Source: Felis catus (lineage: Eukaryota). Taken from it: a stretch of 64,000 nucleotides of DNA. Position 1 is the stretch's first letter; every line of letters begins with the position of its first letter. The stretch is taken from NCBI RefSeq assembly GCF_018350175.1, contig NC_058368.1, positions 173,540,001 to 173,604,000 of the forward strand, given 5' to 3'. Below are positions 59,951 through 64,000 of the stretch, in pieces. The notes under the pieces were generated by a model. That model ran no database searches, was not told the DNA's origin, and saw nothing but the letters and a program-made list of their open reading frames with translations. Position numbers and translations under genes: made by a program.

Positions 59951-62900
59951 GGAACCGACCACTGCAAACCCAGCGCCGTTGTTACAGCTTTCAGGATGTC
60001 AGAACGCCGAGGGGTCCAGAGAGGGTCTGTGTCTTGCCCAGGGTCACACAGCTTCCGCTGCCTGAGGATCACTAAGCTCGAATCGAGCTGGTGGGGTGGG
60101 GGCTTCGGGGCGGCAGTGTGGGCAGGATGGGGGTAGGAAGCTGGCCCTCTCAGTAGGGGAGAAATATAAGATGGAGGGAAAATGGGGAATTCGGTTGGAC
60201 TCCTCTCCCTGGGTTTGCCAGGCGCCCGCACTCCTGCAGCCTCCGGTTTTCATCTCTGGACGATGTGATACTACCTGCTCCCACCTCTGCCGACCCTGGA
60301 AGTCACAGTGACCAGAAGTGCAGAGGGAAAGGAGTCAGAAAGGTGAGCCCTTTCCAACACCATACCCACAAAGCTCACACATTCAAGTGCAGACTCAGAC
60401 TCAGAAAGTTGGGCGGGTACCGCGAAGATGCACACATAGAGCCACTATTGATTCACGGAGGTGCTCTCACCTCCGTTTTACACCTGGCCAAACGGAGCCT
60501 CAAAGAGGTGGTGACTTCCTCAAGCTCGAGGACCTAATAAGAGGCAGAGCCATGTTCCAAGCCCAGAGAGGCTGGCTTCACAGGTATTTAACCATCAGTG
60601 TATGCCTGTCCTCCTCAGTAGCCTATAGTAGATGAATAACAGTGGTGCACACTAAGTGCTCAGTAAATGTCATCTGTCACTAGGGTCATTGTTCTGATTT
60701 TACAGGTAAGACTGAGGTGGAGAGAAGCCAAATAACTGATCCGAGTCAAAGCCAGAGCCCCAGATCCAGGAATACCTTTACAGACACCCCATCCTCCCCC
60801 CATGTCCACAAACACTTCTTTTTAGGGGAGCCAAAGCTTGGAGCTCAGATGCGAGGGCGATGTGTTCGGGCATGACCTGAGCAGAGAGGACTTGGCAGGG
60901 AGCCCATCAGTCCCCACCCTGAGTTGTGAGGCTCTGGGCTCAGATCTCTGATGCTCTGTGGTAGCTAGGAGGTCTGCATCCTGAGCTGGCTCTACCAGGC
61001 TGTGCTGTGTGTCCCTGGGTGATCCCTCAATCTCTGTGTTCTGCAAACTCCACCTGGGAAGGCTGTTGGGCCCTGTGTCTGGAGGAGGACTTGAGGGGTC
61101 CTAGAAGAAAGGAGTGGGGTGCTTTCTGACCCTGAGGGAGGAATGGAAGCAGCCAGCTGTCCAAGCTCTTGGCTGGCGGGGGGGAGGGGGTCCCCTCCCC
61201 ACTTCTTCCTGCCAAAGTGGAATCCCTCGCATCTCAAGAGGAGGCTTGGGGGTGGAAGCTGGAAAGTAACATCCAGTGTTACACTAGGCACTAGGAGGCA
61301 CTAGGATTTGAATCCTCTGCTGCTCATCCACCTTTGAGCCTCCATGGTCTACTCTTGCCTTTGGACATCTGTGCTTTTGACCATTGAAGCAACCTTTGCG
61401 GACTCTGCTTTGGCATTTGTATTGGTTCTGGTGTGAGATTAGAATGTGATCGCAGGTTTGCCCCTTGATGGCTGAGGCATATCCCCTCACCCATTTCCTC
61501 ATCTGCAAAACGCTGGCACCTAGCTCTTAGGTCATTGGGAGGACCAGTGAAAAGATGACTAGGATGGGACTTGCTTAGACTGTGCAGGAGACCCTAGAAC
61601 TCGAATTTCTCCACAGAACCTCACTGCAGATGCTTGGGTCAAGAGTGAGCCGCTCCCACCTGTGGCTTCTGGAGCCCACTGGGCCACACTTCCCCAGATC
61701 TGAGGCAAGGAGAGGCACTTCCTGAGCCACTGTCCTCAGCTGTGAGATGAAAACACAACCTGTCTTCAAGCGGGCAGGGGTGGAGTTGGGTGGAGTGATG
61801 AGAATGAGGCACACAGGTGTGCAGGCCACATCGCCACATTGGGATTCCAGAGCAGAGGACCTGGGGGTTAACCTGAGGGGAGATTTCACAGGAAAACAGA
61901 CTCGTGGCTTCTCTGGAAAATCTGGTAAAATTGAGCCTCCTTCCCACTTCCTCCAGAGTGATTCTGCATGTGCCCGGGAAGGTATTTCAGATCAGGAGGA
62001 GATGTGTTACTGGCCTCTGGCCGTGGGGGATCCCTGAGGGGCTGTGAGGATTTGCTGAGGGCCTCTCAGGGGAGTAAGAGGGTCATCATGAGAGAAGACA
62101 GGGCAGGGTTTTCCTGGGCCTGTAGTATCAGAAGTAAGAGTCAAGCCCAGAGCCCCTTCCTTGGGCATCCACCACCCAGTGTGAGCCAGCCCCTGCTGGG
62201 GTGGGGGAGCAGCCCCATGGAGATAGCTAATGCTGTCATGATGCAATCTGGTAGCAGTCTTGCTGTGTAATAAGGAAGCCAAAGCAGCTGAGTGCCGGAA
62301 GACAGGTCAGGGGGGTTCCGAGGAGGCAGTCTTTGAGCTGAACTTCAAAGGTTGAGCAGGATTTTGCCAGAGGTAAGGGGTGATGATGTTTTAAGTAGAA
62401 TTGTATAGTCAGAGGTTTAGTAGCTTTAAAGTACATGACTTGATTGTGGGTGAATGCTTTCTCAGGGTGGAGTGGCCTCACTGTTCTCAGTGTGGCCTTG
62501 GGCAAATCATTTCACTCCTTAGGCCTCGGATCCTCACCCATAAAATAAGGCCTTCCAATGAAGACTGGATGGTAGTGCATTTAAAAATTCTGGATCCCCT
62601 TAGACCAGAGGGGATTATGGAGACATGCAGCAAAATGACTGACAGGGCTGTGTGTGAATTAAATGGTATGAAGTGAATTAGGGTAGGTCTGGGCCTGAGT
62701 TCAGAGATGAGGGAGTTCAGTACAAAATGGAGACCCCAGAGCTTCCTGTAAGAGGTGAGATGAGAACAGAGCCCCAAGGACAGAGAAGAAGAATAGACTG
62801 ATAGAAAGGAAGAGGGGGGGTATCTCAGGCAGGGAAGGTCAGCGGGTGCACCATCATGGTTGTGGGAGAAGGACTGGGGAGAGGTGAGCCTGAAAGGGTG

Positions 62901-63429
62901 GGGGAAGTTTGTTAATTATAGCCCGAAAGGCAGGCAGCAGGGAGCCATTGCAGGTTCTGTCCCTACAGAGGCAAGCAGGAGGGTGGTTTTAACAATGTAG
63001 CATCTTCCAATGAGGGAAAGATTTTCTAGTTGCTTTTACATAGTGGGAAAAATAGAAGGTTGGGAGGGATATAGGAGAAGGGAGAGTTGATGATAAGGAA
63101 GTGGGTTAGAGAAAGGTATCATCGTGTACTTTCCCATTCATTCTCAAGCACGCCTAGTTTTAACTGATGGATAGAGTTTGGCAGGTAACATCTGTAGTAC
63201 TGCATCACGAACTTGATCTCCTGTGCTTAGACATCTGCAAACCACCCCTGGGTACCATCTTCGTTGCATTGCTGGCTGCACATCCACAGTGCTGTAACAG
63301 ATTGTTGCTGGTCTAAACAACACTTGGATAAGCATCTCTGTTCCCCAAACCTCCTTCTGGATTGTTTCCATTGGATACCTTTCCTGAAGGGAGATTTTCT
63401 GACTTTAAGGGAACTGATGTTTTAATGCC

Positions 63430-63659
63430 TTTTTTTAAAGTATGTTTTTTAAGTTGTTAATGTTTACTTTTGAGAGAGAGTGACAGAGAGAGAGAATGTG
63501 AACAGGGGAGGGGCAGACAGAGAGGAAGACAGAATTTGAAGCAGGTTCCAGGCTCTGAGCTGTCAGCACAGAGCCTGACGTTGGGCTCGAACTCGGACTG
63601 TGAGATCGTGACCTGAGCTGAAGTCAGACGCTTAACCAACTGAGCCACCCAGGCGCCCC
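63430..63659 (-). mobile_element. Can-SINE
   Basis: Reverse SINEC ending GAGCCACCCAGGCGCCCC; TSD-like TGTTTTAATGC. Confidence 0.9.
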
Positions 63660-64000
63660 TGTTTTAATGCTTTACAAGATTTAAAACATACCTTTACAGT
63701 AATTTTCTTCACGATTTTCTATAGGCTATACTGTACATGTTTTTTTCTCTTTCTTTATTGTTATTTTTTCATCATGAAGAGTGTACTCTTTAACCCCCAT
63801 ACCCTATTTCACCCATCTTCCTCCCCAAATTGTACAGGGTTTTTTAAAAAGAGCAAATGTACACAAGCATATACAATAAAAAGTCTGTCCTCCTGACCCC
63901 ATACTCTCTTCCAGTTTTCTCTGAGGACAGTTGTTAGTTCCTGTATATCCTTCCAAAAATATTCTATGGAGATATCATATATATCCAATTTCAGAAAAAT

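Noticed and set aside
58520..59962. ORFs of 115-216 aa over the second CpG island
   Set aside because: GC-driven, no homology recognised and no exon structure
26389..63648. Recurring ORFs such as MAQSV...SSPASGSVLTAQSLEP that look like a gene family
   Set aside because: Translations of Can-SINE copies

Overview
Eukaryotic (carnivore, very probably felid, judging by abundant SINEC_Fc-type Can-SINEs) genomic DNA holding two convergent genes. GPRIN1 (+) has a CpG-island promoter at about 4.3-5.4 kb flanked by two RE1/NRSE sites, a non-coding exon 1 ending at 5030, and exon 2 from 11880 carrying the whole 963-aa CDS (12046-14937), with AATAAA at 15903. CDHR2 (protocadherin-24, -) was traced by hand as 31 phase-consistent coding exons from 41394/41391 to a TGA at 16092 (about 1308-1309 aa, ending DTTDL), with two GC-AG introns and a candidate HNF1-driven non-coding first exon near 52 kb. 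A second CpG island at about 59.1-59.9 kb has a ZNF143/THAP11 motif and probably serves as an upstream or bidirectional promoter. The rest is intronic or intergenic sequence rich in Can-SINEs, MIR/L2/L1 fragments, LTRs and DNA transposons, and most ORFs in the supplied track are spurious. I see no wholly new gene system. The best leads are regulatory: a fossil GPRIN1 N-terminal extension that now holds two uORFs (one with an AUGA overlap on the start codon), interlocked 3' ends of GPRIN1 and CDHR2, a MER53 MITE that supplies a CDHR2 3' splice signal, a weak GC donor guarding the PDZ-ligand exon, and an orphan polyadenylated LTR-like retro-insertion. Gene and repeat family names come from recalled sequences, not from database searches.
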